A stretch of 64,000 nt of DNA from an uncultured Candidatus Rokubacteria bacterium (GCA_963789955.1 CAWBMV010000001.1:672001-736000); one strand, 5' to 3'. Numbered from the stretch's first letter, positions 10,926 to 25,267 are shown. The notes: generated by a model from the sequence alone, not told the origin. Translations and numbers: made by a program.

Positions 10926-12148
10926 TGGCCGAGATCGTTCTGATGCGGAACTTCGCGAACGCGGACTCGCACACGCTCGGCGCCTATCGGGGGAGCGGCG
11001 GCTACGCGGCCTGGGACAAGGCCCGCCAGATGGAGCCGGCCGCCATCACCGAGGAGGTGAAGAAGGCCAATCTCCGCGGCCTGGGCGGCGCCGGGTTCCC
11101 GACGGGGGCGAAGTGGTCGTTCATCCCCAAGACTCACACCGGTCCCGTCTACCTCGTCGTGAACGCCGACGAAGGCGAGCCCGGAACCTTCAAGGACCGG
11201 TACCTCCTCGAGCGCGATCCGCACGCGCTGATCGAGGGCATGCTGATCGCGGCGCGCGCCATCCGATGCACGAAAGGCTTCGTCTACATCCGTGGCGAGT
11301 ACGTGCAGCCCTGGCGTCGCTTCAGCGCGGCGGTGCAGGAGGCCTATGACGCCGGCCTGCTGGGCCAGGGCTTCGACGTCGTCGTCCACCGCGGCGCCGG
11401 AGCCTACATCTGTGGCGAGGAGACCGGGCTGCTCTCGTCGCTCGAGGGCAAGAAGGGCTGGCCGAAGATCAAGCCCCCGTTTCCGGCCATCAAGGGCGCC
11501 TTCGGGCAGCCGACGATCGTCAACAACGTCGAGACGCTCTGCTGCGTGCCCCCGATCATCGCCCGCGGCGCCGAGTGGTTCGCCGGGCTCGGCACCAAGA
11601 CGCAGGGCGGCACGCGCATGTACTCGGTGTCCGGCCGGGTGAAGAAGCCCGCGGTGTACGAGGCGCCGGTGTCGATCACCTTGCGACAGCTGATCGAGAT
11701 GGCCGGCGGCGTGAGCGGCACCGGCCGGCTGAAGGCGGTCGTGCCGGGCGGGGGGTCGGCCGCGATCCTGACCGCCGACGAGATCGACGTCACCATGGAT
11801 GTGGACGGGCTCAAGGCCGCCGGCACCATGATCGGCTCGGCCGGAGTCATGGTCATGGACGAGAGCGTGTCCATTCCCGAGGCCCTCATGGTGCTCGCCC
11901 GGTTCTACGCGCACGAGTCGTGCGGGCAGTGCACGCCGTGCCGCGAGTCCACCGGCTGGATCTACAAGATGGTGCACCGGATCGTCGAGCGGCGCGGTCA
12001 CAAGGACGATCTCGACACGATCCTGGACGTCGCCAAGCGAGGCGCCGGGACGACGATCTGCGCCTTCTACGACGGCGCCGTCGGTCCGTACATCTCCTAT
12101 ATCGAAAAGTTCCGGAGCGAGTTCGAGGCGCTGATCCCCCATGCCTAA
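10925..12148 (+). CDS. nuoF: NADH-quinone oxidoreductase subunit F
   Basis: LRGLGGAGFPTG, NADEGEPG, GAGAYICGEET, ESCGQCTPCRE. Confidence 0.96.
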   Translation: MAEIVLMRNFANADSHTLGAYRGSGGYAAWDKARQMEPAAITEEVKKANLRGLGGAGFPTGAKWSFIPKTHTGPVYLVVNADEGEPGTFKDRYLLERDPHALIEGMLIAARAIRCTKGFVYIRGEYVQPWRRFSAAVQEAYDAGLLGQGFDVVVHRGAGAYICGEETGLLSSLEGKKGWPKIKPPFPAIKGAFGQPTIVNNVETLCCVPPIIARGAEWFAGLGTKTQGGTRMYSVSGRVKKPAVYEAPVSITLRQLIEMAGGVSGTGRLKAVVPGGGSAAILTADEIDVTMDVDGLKAAGTMIGSAGVMVMDESVSIPEALMVLARFYAHESCGQCTPCRESTGWIYKMVHRIVERRGHKDDLDTILDVAKRGAGTTICAFYDGAVGPYISYIEKFRSEFEALIPHA

Positions 12149-13747
12149 GCTCACCGTCAACGGCAAGGAGGTCGAGGTCCCCGCGGGGACCAACCTCATC
12201 GAAGCCGCGCGCGCCGCCGGGGTCGAGGTGCCGCACTACTGCTATCACCCGAGCTTGTCGATCGCGGGCCAGTGTCGCCTCTGCATGGTGGACATCGAGA
12301 AGACGCCGCGGCCCACCATCGCGTGCAACACGGTCGCCACCGAGGGCATGGTCGTCAACACCGAGACCGATCGGGTGCGCGAGACGCGGAAGTCGATCAT
12401 GGAGTTCCACCTGATCAACCATCCGCTCGACTGTCCCGTGTGCGATCAGGCCGGGGAGTGCTGGCTTCAGATCTATTACATGAAGCACGGCCTCTACGAC
12501 CCGCGGATGAAGGACGAGAAGGTCCACAAGCCGAAGGCGGTGCCGCTCGGGCCCCACGTCATCCTCGACGCCGAGCGCTGCATTCTCTGCTCGCGGTGCG
12601 TGCGCTTCTGCGACGAGATCACCCACACCGGCGAGCTCGGAATCTTCGACGCGCGGCGACCATTCCGAGATCGGGCTCTTCCCGGGCCACGAGCTCGACA
12701 ACAAGTACTCCGCCAACGTCGTCGACATCTGTCCCGTCGGCGCCTTGACCGACCGCGACTTCCGGTTCCAGGTGCGCGTCTGGTACCTCGACACCGCCAA
12801 GTCGATCTGCCCGGGATGCGCGCGCGGCTGCAACATCGAGGTCCACGTGAATCGCCGCCGTCCCGCACCACGCCGAGGGGCGCCGCGTGGCGCGGCTCAA
12901 GCCGCGCTTCAACGCGGACGTCAACAAGTGGTGGCTCTGCGACGCCGGGCGCTACGGCTTCGGCTTCGTCGACGCTCCGGAGCGGTTGCTCATGCCGGCG
13001 CGGCGCCAGGGCGGTACCAGCTCGGACGTGACGTGGGACGAGGCGATCGCGGCGGTGGCCGAGCCGCTCCGGCGGCTGCCGCCCGATGAGATCGGCATCA
13101 TCGCGTCGCCCAAGATGTCGAACGAGGATCTCTTCGCGCTGCGCCGGCTGGTCGAGCTGCGCGGGATCCGCCACGTCGCGAGCCGGGTGCCGCCGCGCGT
13201 TCCGGGCGACGAGGACAACTTCCTGATCCGCGCCGACAAGAATCCCAACTCGCTCGGCGCCGAGCTGATGGGCCTGGGCGGCGACGCGCGGGCCGTCATC
13301 GAGGCGGCGGGGGCGCGGCGGCTCAAGCTTCTGTGGATCTTCGGGCACGATCTCCTGGCCGGCGACCTGCCGGAGCGCGACGTGCTCGAGGCGCTCCGCG
13401 TCGTCGATACCGTGGTCTTCACCGGCTCGAACGCGAACTGGACCAGCGCCCATTCGCACTGGGTGCTGCCGGCCGCGGCCTGGGTCGAGCGCGAGGGGAC
13501 GTACACGAACTTCGAGGGACGGGTTCAGCGCTTCCGCCAGGCGATCGAGCCGCTGGGCCAGTCGCTGGCCGAATGGGAGATCGTGACCCGCGTGCTGGCG
13601 CCGCTGGGCGAGGCGCCCACGGCGACGCGCGCCGAGCACTGGTTCCGCCAGCTCGCGTCATCGGTGCCGGCCTTTTCGGGACTCAGCTATCAGCTGATCG
13701 GCGACGCGGGGCACCCGCTCGCCGTGACGGGCGCGACGAGCCGATAG
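12141..13747 (+). CDS. nuoG: NADH-quinone oxidoreductase subunit G (short form; frameshifts ~12650, ~12862)
   Basis: CYH..GQCRLC, HPLDCPVCDQAGEC, CILCSRC, DICPVG, CPGCARGC, EREGTYTNFEGRVQ over three frames. Confidence 0.9.
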
Positions 13748-13748
13748 C

Positions 13749-14837
13749 ATGCTGATCGATCTGGCAATCGCGTTCGGCCGCGTGATGTTCGTGATGCTGT
13801 TCGTCCTGAACGTGGCCGCGCTGCTCGGCTGGGTCGAGCGCAAGCAGTCGGCGATCATGCAGGACCGCATCGGCGCGAACCGCGCGTCCATCTTCGGCTT
13901 CCGCGCCCTCGGTCTGTTTCATCCGCTGGCCGACACCCTGAAGATGCTCACCAAGGAAGATTTCCGCCCGGCGCGCGCCGACCGGCTGCTCTTCGAGCTG
14001 GCGCCGGCGGTCTCGGTCTTCTTCGCGCTGGTCGCCTTCGCCTCGATCCCGTTCGGCGACACGCTCCAGGTGGCGGGCCGCGTGGTGCCGCTCCAGGCCG
14101 TCACCTTGAACGTCGGCGTCCTCTACGTGTTCGCGATGCTCTCGCTCGGCGTGTACGGGATCATGATGGCGGGCTGGTCGTCCGCCAACAACTACGCGCT
14201 CCTCGGCGGCCAGCGGGCCGCCGCGCTGATGATCTCGGCCGAGATCGCCATCGGCGCCTCGATCATGGGCGTCGTCATGATCCACGGCTCGCTCAACCTG
14301 ATGGAGATCGTGCGGGGGCAGGGACACCTGCTGTGGGGATGGCTGCCGGCCTGGGGCATCGTCACCCAGCCGCTGGCGTTCATCCTCTTCGTCACCGCCG
14401 GGATCGCCGCGACCAAGCGCATCCCGTTCGACATGCCGGAAGGCGAGTCCGAGATCATCGGCTACTTCGTCGAGTACAGCGGCATGAAGTTCGGGATGTT
14501 CCTGATGACCGACATGGTCGAGACGATCGTGCTCGCGGGCCTGAGCACGTCGCTCTTCCTGGGCGGCTGGCAGATCCCGTTTCTCTTCGCCGAGGGCTTT
14601 CACTTTCCCTGGGGCGCCGGCATCGCGCTCGCGCCGCTGCTGGTGACCATCCTCCAGGTGGGCGCGTTCGTCGGCAAGGTCGCCGTCGTCATCTTCGTGC
14701 TGATGCTGATCCGCTGGACCCTGCCGCGGTTCCGCTATGACCAGGCGATGCGCCTGGGGTGGCTCGGGCTCTTTCCGCTGGCGATCGCCAACATCGTGGT
14801 GACCGGCCTGGTGCTCGCCGCGTGGGGGAATCGATGA
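13749..14837 (+). CDS. nuoH: NADH-quinone oxidoreductase subunit H
   Basis: ERK..MQDRIG, RIPFDMPEGESE, EYSG, RWTLPRFRYDQ. Confidence 0.96.
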   Translation: MLIDLAIAFGRVMFVMLFVLNVAALLGWVERKQSAIMQDRIGANRASIFGFRALGLFHPLADTLKMLTKEDFRPARADRLLFELAPAVSVFFALVAFASIPFGDTLQVAGRVVPLQAVTLNVGVLYVFAMLSLGVYGIMMAGWSSANNYALLGGQRAAALMISAEIAIGASIMGVVMIHGSLNLMEIVRGQGHLLWGWLPAWGIVTQPLAFILFVTAGIAATKRIPFDMPEGESEIIGYFVEYSGMKFGMFLMTDMVETIVLAGLSTSLFLGGWQIPFLFAEGFHFPWGAGIALAPLLVTILQVGAFVGKVAVVIFVLMLIRWTLPRFRYDQAMRLGWLGLFPLAIANIVVTGLVLAAWGNR

Positions 14838-15382
14838 GCCCGATGAATCTGCGCCAGCGGTTCTATCTGGTCGAGGTGCTCACGGGGCTCGGCCTGACGG
14901 CCGCGCACTTCTTTCGCAACATGGGCCGCCACACCGCCCGCGCCTTCGGCCGAAAGGGCACCAGCGGCGCGGTCACGATCCAGTACCCGGAGGAGCGGCG
15001 GCCGTATTCGCCCCGCCTGCGCTCGCTGCATCGTCTGGTGCGGCGCGAGGACGGCTCGCCGCGCTGCGTGGCCTGCATGATGTGCGAGACCGTCTGTCCC
15101 GCGCACTGCATCTACATCGTCGCGGACGAGCACCCGAACCCCGAGATCGAGAAGATGCCCCGGCGCTTCGACATCGATCTCGGCAAGTGCGTGTTCTGCG
15201 GCTACTGCGTGGAAGCGTGCCCCGAGGACGCGATCCGCATGGACACCGGCATCCTGGAGTTCTCGTCCTACAGCCGCGGTGGGATGATCTATAGCAAGGA
15301 GATGCTGCTGTCGCTCGAGCCCGCCGACCCGACCGGCCGCCCGCGCTCGCCGATCCCGCTCCCGGCCAACCGGAGGGCATGA
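14834..15382 (+). CDS. nuoI: NADH-quinone oxidoreductase subunit I
   Basis: TIQYPEE; CVACMMCETVCP and CVFCGYCVEACP. Confidence 0.96.
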   Translation: MSPMNLRQRFYLVEVLTGLGLTAAHFFRNMGRHTARAFGRKGTSGAVTIQYPEERRPYSPRLRSLHRLVRREDGSPRCVACMMCETVCPAHCIYIVADEHPNPEIEKMPRRFDIDLGKCVFCGYCVEACPEDAIRMDTGILEFSSYSRGGMIYSKEMLLSLEPADPTGRPRSPIPLPANRRA

Positions 15383-15876
15383 TGGCGCACGTGGCATTCT
15401 TCGCCATCGCGGCGATCGCCGTCGCCTCCGCGCTGGGGCTCATCCTGAGACCGAACGCCATTCACGGCGCCCTGTTCCTGGTCGTCAACCTCGGATCGGT
15501 CGCCGCGCTCTATCTGATGCTGGGCGCCGAGTTCCTGGCCGCCGCGCAGGTCATCGTCTACGCGGGCGCGATCATGGTGCTCTTCGTCTTCGCGATCATG
15601 GTGCTGATCCCCGGCAAGGAGGAAAGCGGCCCCGATCCCCGGCGCGGCGCGCGGGTGCTCGCGGTGCCGGTCGGCGGACTGCTCCTCCTGCTGCTGGTCT
15701 TCGTCGTCATCGGGCGCTGGAGCGTCCCGCGCGGTCCGGTGGGGCCCAGCGGGAGCGCCGACGCGCTCGGTCGGCTGCTCTTCACGAGCTACCTGTTTCC
15801 GTTCGAGCTGACCTCGGTGCTCTTGCTGGCCGCGATGGTCGGCGTGCTGCTCCTGGCCAGGCGCCGTCCCGGATGA
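15379..15876 (+). CDS. nuoJ: NADH-quinone oxidoreductase subunit J
   Basis: AEFLAAAQVIVYAGAIMVLF, YLFPFELTSVLLL. Confidence 0.95.
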   Translation: MMAHVAFFAIAAIAVASALGLILRPNAIHGALFLVVNLGSVAALYLMLGAEFLAAAQVIVYAGAIMVLFVFAIMVLIPGKEESGPDPRRGARVLAVPVGGLLLLLLVFVVIGRWSVPRGPVGPSGSADALGRLLFTSYLFPFELTSVLLLAAMVGVLLLARRRPG

Positions 15877-15885
15877 TGGAACGAC

Positions 15886-16188
15886 ATGGTGCCTGAGAGC
15901 TACTATGTAGTGTTGTCGGCGATTCTGTTCTCGATCGGCGTCGTGGGCGTCGTGATCCGGCGCAACCCACTGGTCATCTTCATGTCGATCGAGCTCATGC
16001 TGAACGCGGCGAATCTTGCGCTGGTGGCGTTTGGCCAGCGCTTCGGCAACCTCGACGGCCAGGCCGTCGTTTTCTTCGTGATGGCGGTGGCGGCGGCGGA
16101 GGTCGCCGTCGGGCTGGCGATCATCGTAACGATCTTTCGCGTCCGCCGGCGGCTGTCGGTGGACGATCTGAGCCTCATGCGCTGGTAG
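15886..16188 (+). CDS. nuoK: NADH-quinone oxidoreductase subunit K
   Basis: [24 protein letters not shown]. Confidence 0.96.
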   Translation: MVPESYYVVLSAILFSIGVVGVVIRRNPLVIFMSIELMLNAANLALVAFGQRFGNLDGQAVVFFVMAVAAAEVAVGLAIIVTIFRVRRRLSVDDLSLMRW

Positions 16189-16200
16189 CAGGGAGGAATC

Positions 16201-17214
16201 ATGGCCAAGACACTGACACGGAGTGAGGCATCGTCTTCAGGGTTTGGCGTCGACGCCGAGGCCGCGAAGCGGCTCTTGTCGGAGATGCTCCTGATCCGCC
16301 GCTTCGAGGAAAAGGCGGCCGAGGCGTACGCGCTCGGGAAGATCGGCGGCTTCCTCCATCTCTACATCGGTGAAGAAGCGGTGGCGGTCGGCGCGACGTC
16401 GGTGCTCCGGCCCGACGACTACGCGATCTCGGCCTACCGCGAGCACGGCCATTGCCTGGCCAAGGGCTCGGATCCCAAGCGGATGATGGCCGAGCTCTTC
16501 GGCCGACGCGACGGGCTCTCCAAGGGCAAGGGCGGGTCGATGCATCTGTTCGACCGCACCACCAATTTCCTCGGCGGCCACGCGATCGTCGGGGCGCACC
16601 TGCCGATCGCGGTCGGGGTCGGCTTCGCCATCAAGTACCGGGGCGGCGACCAGGTGATCGTGTGCTACTTCGGCGACGGCGCGGTGCCGGAGGGCGAGTT
16701 CCACGAAGCGATGAATCTCGCGGCGCTGTGGAAGCTGCCGGTCATCTTTCTGTGCGAGAACAACCGCTACGCGATGGGCACCTCGGTCGAGCGCGCGCTC
16801 GCTCAGACGGAGATCTGGAAGTTCGGACAGACCTACGGCATTCCGGCCGAGCGCGTGGACGGCATGGACGTCCTCGCGGTGCGCGACGTGGTCGGCCGCG
16901 CGGTCGCCCGGACACGGCAGCAGAAGGTTCCGGCGCTGATCGAGGCCGATACCTATCGCTACCGCGGCCACTCGATGCGCGATCCGGCCGGCGCCGTCTA
17001 TCGCACGAAGGAAGAAGTGGAGCGCGAGAAGCTTCGCGACCCGATCGTGCTGTTCCGCGACAAGATCCTGACCGCGGGTCTTCTCTCCGAGGCCGACATC
17101 CGTGCGGCCGAGAAGGACGTCAGCGACCGGATCGACGAGGCGGTGGCTTACGCCGACGCCTCGCCGGAGCCGCCCGGCGAGTGGCTCTTCACCGATATCT
17201 ACAAGGAGGCGTGA
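16201..17214 (+). CDS. pdhA: Pyruvate dehydrogenase E1 alpha subunit
   Basis: [31 protein letters not shown] motif, YRYRGHSM. Confidence 0.93.
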   Translation: MAKTLTRSEASSSGFGVDAEAAKRLLSEMLLIRRFEEKAAEAYALGKIGGFLHLYIGEEAVAVGATSVLRPDDYAISAYREHGHCLAKGSDPKRMMAELFGRRDGLSKGKGGSMHLFDRTTNFLGGHAIVGAHLPIAVGVGFAIKYRGGDQVIVCYFGDGAVPEGEFHEAMNLAALWKLPVIFLCENNRYAMGTSVERALAQTEIWKFGQTYGIPAERVDGMDVLAVRDVVGRAVARTRQQKVPALIEADTYRYRGHSMRDPAGAVYRTKEEVEREKLRDPIVLFRDKILTAGLLSEADIRAAEKDVSDRIDEAVAYADASPEPPGEWLFTDIYKEA

Positions 17215-17216
17215 CG

Positions 17217-18205
17217 ATGGCGGTGATGACCTATCGCGAAGCGCTGAACATGGCGCTGCGCGAGGAGATGCGCCGCGATCCGAACGTCTTCGTGATCGGC
17301 GAGGAAGTCGGCCTGTACGAGGGCGCCTACAAGGTCACGCAGGGGCTCCTGAAGGAGTTCGGGCCCCAGCGCATCGTCGACACGCCGATCGCCGAGTCCG
17401 GGTTCACGGGTGTCGGGATCGGCGCGGCGATGGTCGGGCTGCGCCCGGTCGTCGAGATGATGACCTTCAACTTCGCCCTGCTGGCGCTCGACCAGATCGT
17501 CAACTCGGCCGCCAAGATCAACTACATGTCGGGTGGTCAGTTCAACGTGCCGATCGTCATTCGCGGTCCGGGCGGGCCGGCGGCGCAGCTGGCCGCCCAG
17601 CACTCGCAGTCGATGGAGACGTACTTCTATCACGTGCCGGGCTGAAGGTCGTGCGCCCGACGACGCCGATGGACGCCAAGGGCCTCCTGAAGTCGTCGAT
17701 CCGTGACGACAACCCGGTGATCTTCATCGAGTCCGAGACGCTCTACAACGTGAAGGGCGAAGTTCCGGAGGATCCCGACTTCCTCATTCCGCTCGGCCAG
17801 GCGATCGTGCGCCGCGAAGGGACGGACGTCACCGTCATCGCCTACATGGGCATGATGTACCGGGCGATGGAGGCCGCCGAGGAGCTCGAGAAAGAAGGCA
17901 TCTCCGTCGAGCTCGTCGATCCGCGCACGCTCCGTCCGATGGACACCGAGACCATCATCAAGTCGGTGCGCAAGACCCACCGGGTCGTCGTCGTCGAAGC
18001 GGGCGCGGGCTTCGCGGGCATGGGCTCGGAGATCGCCGCGTCCGTGACCGAGCAGGCCTTCGACGATCTGGACGCGCCGGTCGAGCGCGTGACCGGCGCC
18101 AATGCGCCCATGCCGTATGCTCGCAATCTCGAGAAGCTCAAGACGCCGTCGAAGGACAGGATCGTCGCGGCGATCCGACGCGTGTGTAACGCGAACGGGA
18201 GCTGA
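17217..18205 (+). CDS. pdhB: Pyruvate dehydrogenase E1 beta subunit (frameshift ~17640)
   Basis: GEEVG, DTPIAE, AQHSQ then LKVV..DAKGLLK in next frame, DLDAPVERV. Confidence 0.92.
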
Positions 18206-18208
18206 GCC

Positions 18209-19578
18209 ATGGCCGTCACGAAGGTCGTCATGCCCAAGCTCTCCGACGCGATGGAGAGCGGCAAGATCATCAAGTGGCTCAAGAAGGAAGGCGACCAGGT
18301 CAAGGGCGGGGACATCCTGGCCGAGGTCGAGACGGACAAAGCCGACGTCGAAATGGAAGCGTTCGGCGCTGGCGTTCTGCGCAAGATTCTCGTCCCGGCG
18401 GGCGAGACCGCTGCCATCGGGGCTCTGATCGGGGTCATTGCCGAGCCCGGCGATGACATCGCCGCGCTCGTCGCTTCCGCGCCGGCGGGGGCGGGTGCCG
18501 GGTCAGGCCCGGCTGCTCAGAAAACCCCACTTCGCGCCGAGCCTGCCCCGGCACCCACCCCCGCCGGCGCGGCCTCGGCGGCCGCTTCGGCGTCTCGTCC
18601 GGCTGCGGTGACTCGCGCCGGCTCCGGCGGCGCCGGCTGCTCGGCCGGCGGCGGTGGTCAGCGCGCCCGCCGCCGCTCCCGCTGGCCTAGGGCAAGGAGC
18701 GCAAGGCGGGCGGGTGAAGGCGTCGCCGTTGGCGAAGAAGATTGCGGCGCAGAGCGGGGTCGACCTGCGGCTGCTGCACGGGTCGGGGCCGGGGGGGCGG
18801 ATCATTCGGCGCGATGTCGAGGCCGCCGGCTCGAGTACCGCCGGCATCAGCGCCGCGTCGGCCGTCGCGATGCCCGCGGCCGCCGTCTCGGGGGCGGAGT
18901 TCGAGGATGTGCCGCTCACGCAGATTCGGGCGGCGATCGCGCGCCGGATGCCTCTGTCCAAGGCGCCGGTACCGCACTTCTACGTCACGAGCGAAGTCGC
19001 GATGGACCGGGCGTGGGAGCTGCGCGAGCAGCTGAACGCGCTGGAAGGGTCAGCCCAAGATCTCCGTCAACGACTTCGTGATCCGGGCGAGCGCGCTGGC
19101 GCTCTTGAAGCACCCCGGGGTCAATGCCTCGCTGCAGGGCGACGCGATCCGCGTCTATCACCGGGCGCACATCGGCATCGCCGTCGCGCTCGACGACGGG
19201 CTCATCACCCCCGTGCTGCGCGACTGCCACGCCAAGCCGCTTGCCCAGATCGCCGTCGAGGCGCGCGATCTCGCCGAGCGCGCGCGCAATCGCAAGCTTC
19301 GCGCTCCGGAGCTCTCCGGCGCGACCTTCTCGATCTCGAACCTCGGCATGTTCGACGTGGCCGAGTTCTCCGCGATCATCAATCCGCCCGAGGGCGCGAT
19401 CCTGGCGGTCGGGTCGGTGCGCCGCGTGCCGGTGGTGGACGAGACCGGGCTCGGCGTCGGCCGGCGGATGATGCTGACGATTTCGTGCGATCACCGCGTG
19501 ATGGACGGCGCGATGGGCGCCAGGTTCCTGCAGGACGTCAAGCACCTGCTCGAAGAGCCGCTGCGGCTCCTCGTCTGA
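18209..19578 (+). CDS. pdhC: Dihydrolipoamide acetyltransferase E2 (frameshifts in linker ~18600-18655 and ~19050)
   Basis: Lipoyl EVETDKA, E3-binding KASPLAKK..GSGPGGRI, catalytic FSISNLG and DHRVMDG. Confidence 0.92.
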
Positions 19579-19580
19579 CG

Positions 19581-20963
19581 ATGGCGACCCACAAGTTCGA
19601 TGTCGTGGTGGTCGGCACCGGGCCGGGCGGCTACGTCTCGGCGATCCGGTGCGCCCAGCTCGGGCTTTCGGTCGCGACGGTGGAGGACGACCGTCCGGGC
19701 GGTGTGTGCCTGAACTGGGGCTGCATCCCGACCAAGGCGCTGCTGCGGAACGCCGAAGTCGTCAACCTGATGGGCCACGCGGCGGATTTCGGTATCAAGC
19801 TGACCGGCTTCGAGGCGAGCTACCCCGAGGCGGTCCAGCGGAGCCGCCGGGTCGCCGATCGCATGGCCAAGGGCGTCGAGTTCCTCTTCCGAAAGAACAA
19901 GATCACCCTGTTCCCGGGCCGGGGCACGCTGAAGGCGAAGAACGTCGTCGAGGTGAAGGGGACCGGCGGCTCCGAGACGCTCGAGGCGCGCGCGGTCATT
20001 CTGGGCACCGGTTCGGAGCCGAAGTCGCTTCCGGGCGTCACCATCGACGAGAAGACCGTGATCTCCTCGAACGGCGCCGTACGGAACGAGCGCCATCCCA
20101 AGTCGATCGCGGTCATCGGCGCCGGCGCCGTCGGGGTCGAGTTCGCCGACGTCTTCGCCTCGTACGGTGTCCAGGTCACGATCCTCGAGGCGCTCCCGCG
20201 CGTCGTCCCCGTCGAGGACGAAGAGGTCTCGAAGGAGCTGGCGCGGACGTTCACCCGGCGGGGGATCACGATCAAGACCGGCGTCAAGGTCGCCTCCGTG
20301 AAGCCCGGGGGCGCCGGAGTCGTCGTCGACCTCGGTGGCGAGAAGCTCGAGGTGGAGCAGGTCCTGATGGCGGTCGGCCGGGCGGCGAAGGTCGCCGGCC
20401 TCGGGCTCGAGGGCCTGGGCGTCCAGCTCGAGCGCGGGTTCGTCAAGGTCTCGCCGACCATGGAGACCTCGGTGAAGGGGATCTACGCGATCGGCGACAT
20501 GGCGGGCGCGCCGCTGCTCGCGCACAAGGCCATGGCCGAGGGCGTCGTCGCGGCCGAGGCGATCGCCGGCAAGAGCCCGCGGCCCGTCGACTATGGCAAC
20601 GTGCCCTCGTGCACGTACTGCCGTCCGCAGATCGCCTCGGTCGGCTCGACGGAAGCGCGCGCCCGCGAGGCCGGACGCGAGGTGTCGGTGGGGCGGTTTC
20701 CGTTCACGGCGAACGGCAAGGCCGTCGCGCTGGGCGAGACGGAGGGCTTCGTCAAGGTGATCGCCGACAAGGCGACCGGCGAGATCCTCGGTGCTCACAT
20801 CATCGGCCCCGAGGCGACCGAGATGATCCACGAGTTCGCCGTCGGCCGCACCCTCGAGGCCACGCTCGAGGAGATCATCCACACGATCCACGCCCACCCG
20901 ACCTTGTCCGAAGCCGCCCTCGAGGCGACGCTCGCCGCGCTCGGCCAGGCCATCCACATCTGA
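19581..20963 (+). CDS. lpdA: Dihydrolipoamide dehydrogenase E3
   Basis: GTGPGG, GGVCLNWGCIPTK, HAHPTLSE. Confidence 0.96.
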   Translation: MATHKFDVVVVGTGPGGYVSAIRCAQLGLSVATVEDDRPGGVCLNWGCIPTKALLRNAEVVNLMGHAADFGIKLTGFEASYPEAVQRSRRVADRMAKGVEFLFRKNKITLFPGRGTLKAKNVVEVKGTGGSETLEARAVILGTGSEPKSLPGVTIDEKTVISSNGAVRNERHPKSIAVIGAGAVGVEFADVFASYGVQVTILEALPRVVPVEDEEVSKELARTFTRRGITIKTGVKVASVKPGGAGVVVDLGGEKLEVEQVLMAVGRAAKVAGLGLEGLGVQLERGFVKVSPTMETSVKGIYAIGDMAGAPLLAHKAMAEGVVAAEAIAGKSPRPVDYGNVPSCTYCRPQIASVGSTEARAREAGREVSVGRFPFTANGKAVALGETEGFVKVIADKATGEILGAHIIGPEATEMIHEFAVGRTLEATLEEIIHTIHAHPTLSEAALEATLAALGQAIHI

Positions 20964-20996
20964 GCGAACGGGCCGGCGCTCGACGCCGGCGGCCGG

Positions 20997-21395
20997 TCAG
21001 TGGTGGTGCAGGAACGGCAGGGAGAAGAGCGGGACGAATCCGTTCACGGCGAGCAACACGCCGAGGACGGCCAGGACCAGCGAGAACCGAGAACATCTGG
21101 CGCGAGGTGGAGAGGATGGCCACTGAGGCGCTGACGGCTCCGCCAGCTGCATCTCGAGCAGCATCTTCTGGGCGCGGTACTGGTGCTCGCGGATCACCTT
21201 GGCCTGGTAGAACGACCACTGGTCGGAGGATTGCTGCTGGGACAGCAGCATCTCCTTGACGGTGTTGTTGCCGCCGAGCGAGGCGATCGAGAGGACGATC
21301 GCGTAGATCGCCGTGGTGAGCGCGGCGCGCCGGCCGAACGCCGTCTCGCCGCGCTCGTGGATCTCGTCGGGGTTGGGGACCTCGAGCTCAGCCAC
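20997..21395 (-). pseudogene. DUF4337-family membrane protein, apparently internally deleted
   Basis: QSSDQWSFYQAKVIR motif; sequence jumps from AEPS to ASVAILSTSRQMF in another frame, so the central part seems absent. Confidence 0.55.
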
Positions 21396-21705
21396 GCGAC
21401 TCGCTGGAGCCTCTACGGATCTCCTCTCGCATGGCGTCGCGGCCCGCCTCGAACGCGCTCATGAGGCGCTGCGTCTGCTCCTCGAAGATCTCCCGACTCT
21501 TGTCGAGCCACTCGCCGGCGCGGCCCTGCGCCTCGTTGGCGAACTCCTGAGCGCGGCGCCCCAGGTCGCCGCCGTGCTCGGCCAGGAGCTCGCGCGCCTG
21601 CGCGCCGGTCTTCGGCGTCATCAGCAGCGCGACCCCGGCGCCGACCACCGCGCCGAACAGGAACCAGCCCATGTAGCCACCTGCGTCGCGTCGATCATTG
21701 CTCAT
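21388..21705 (-). CDS. YtxH-domain protein
   Basis: FLFGAVVGAGVALLMTPKTGAQARE pattern followed by coiled coil. Confidence 0.85.
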   Translation of the reverse strand: MSNDRRDAGGYMGWFLFGAVVGAGVALLMTPKTGAQARELLAEHGGDLGRRAQEFANEAQGRAGEWLDKSREIFEEQTQRLMSAFEAGRDAMREEIRRGSSESRG

Positions 21706-22087
21706 GTTGATCTCCTTGATGCCTGAGACGATGGACGAACACGTCGATGCCCCTCTTGAGGCCCGCCGCCACGCCGACGATCTGGCCGGCGCGGGTCAGG
21801 CTGCCGAGCGTCGTGACGATCCGGCCGAGCCCGGCCGCGACGACCTCCACCCGGTCGGTGACGGCGCCGACACGCTCGAGCTCGCGACCCGCCTCGCGCG
21901 TGAGCCCCCGTACGTCCTCGGTGAGCGCGAGCCCTTGGCCGATCAGCGGCCTCAGCTCCTGCTCGACGATGGCCAGCACCGCTTCGGCCCGCTGCGCCAC
22001 CCCTCTGAGCGCCCAGACCGCGGCGACCAGCGCCACCAACAGCGCAAACGCCGCCAGAGAGAGGAGCATCTGGACCCAGAAGGGCAT
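21695..22087 (-). CDS. DUF948/YoxC-like membrane-anchored coiled-coil protein
   Basis: N-terminal TM plus amphipathic helix, directly upstream of and overlapping the YtxH gene. Confidence 0.6.
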   Translation of the reverse strand: MPFWVQMLLSLAAFALLVALVAAVWALRGVAQRAEAVLAIVEQELRPLIGQGLALTEDVRGLTREAGRELERVGAVTDRVEVVAAGLGRIVTTLGSLTRAGQIVGVAAGLKRGIDVFVHRLRHQGDQHEQ

Positions 22088-22141
22088 GGGGCTGAATTAT
22101 TGGTGGATAATGGACCGGAAGTCAATGAAACTAGGACCTTG

Positions 22142-25267
<3,126 letters not shown>

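Noticed and set aside
17630..17660. Selenocysteine UGA readthrough in pdhB (TGA 17643-17645)
   Set aside because: Homology continues in a different frame (PG-LKVV), so it is an indel. I found no convincing in-frame UGA selenoprotein in the window.
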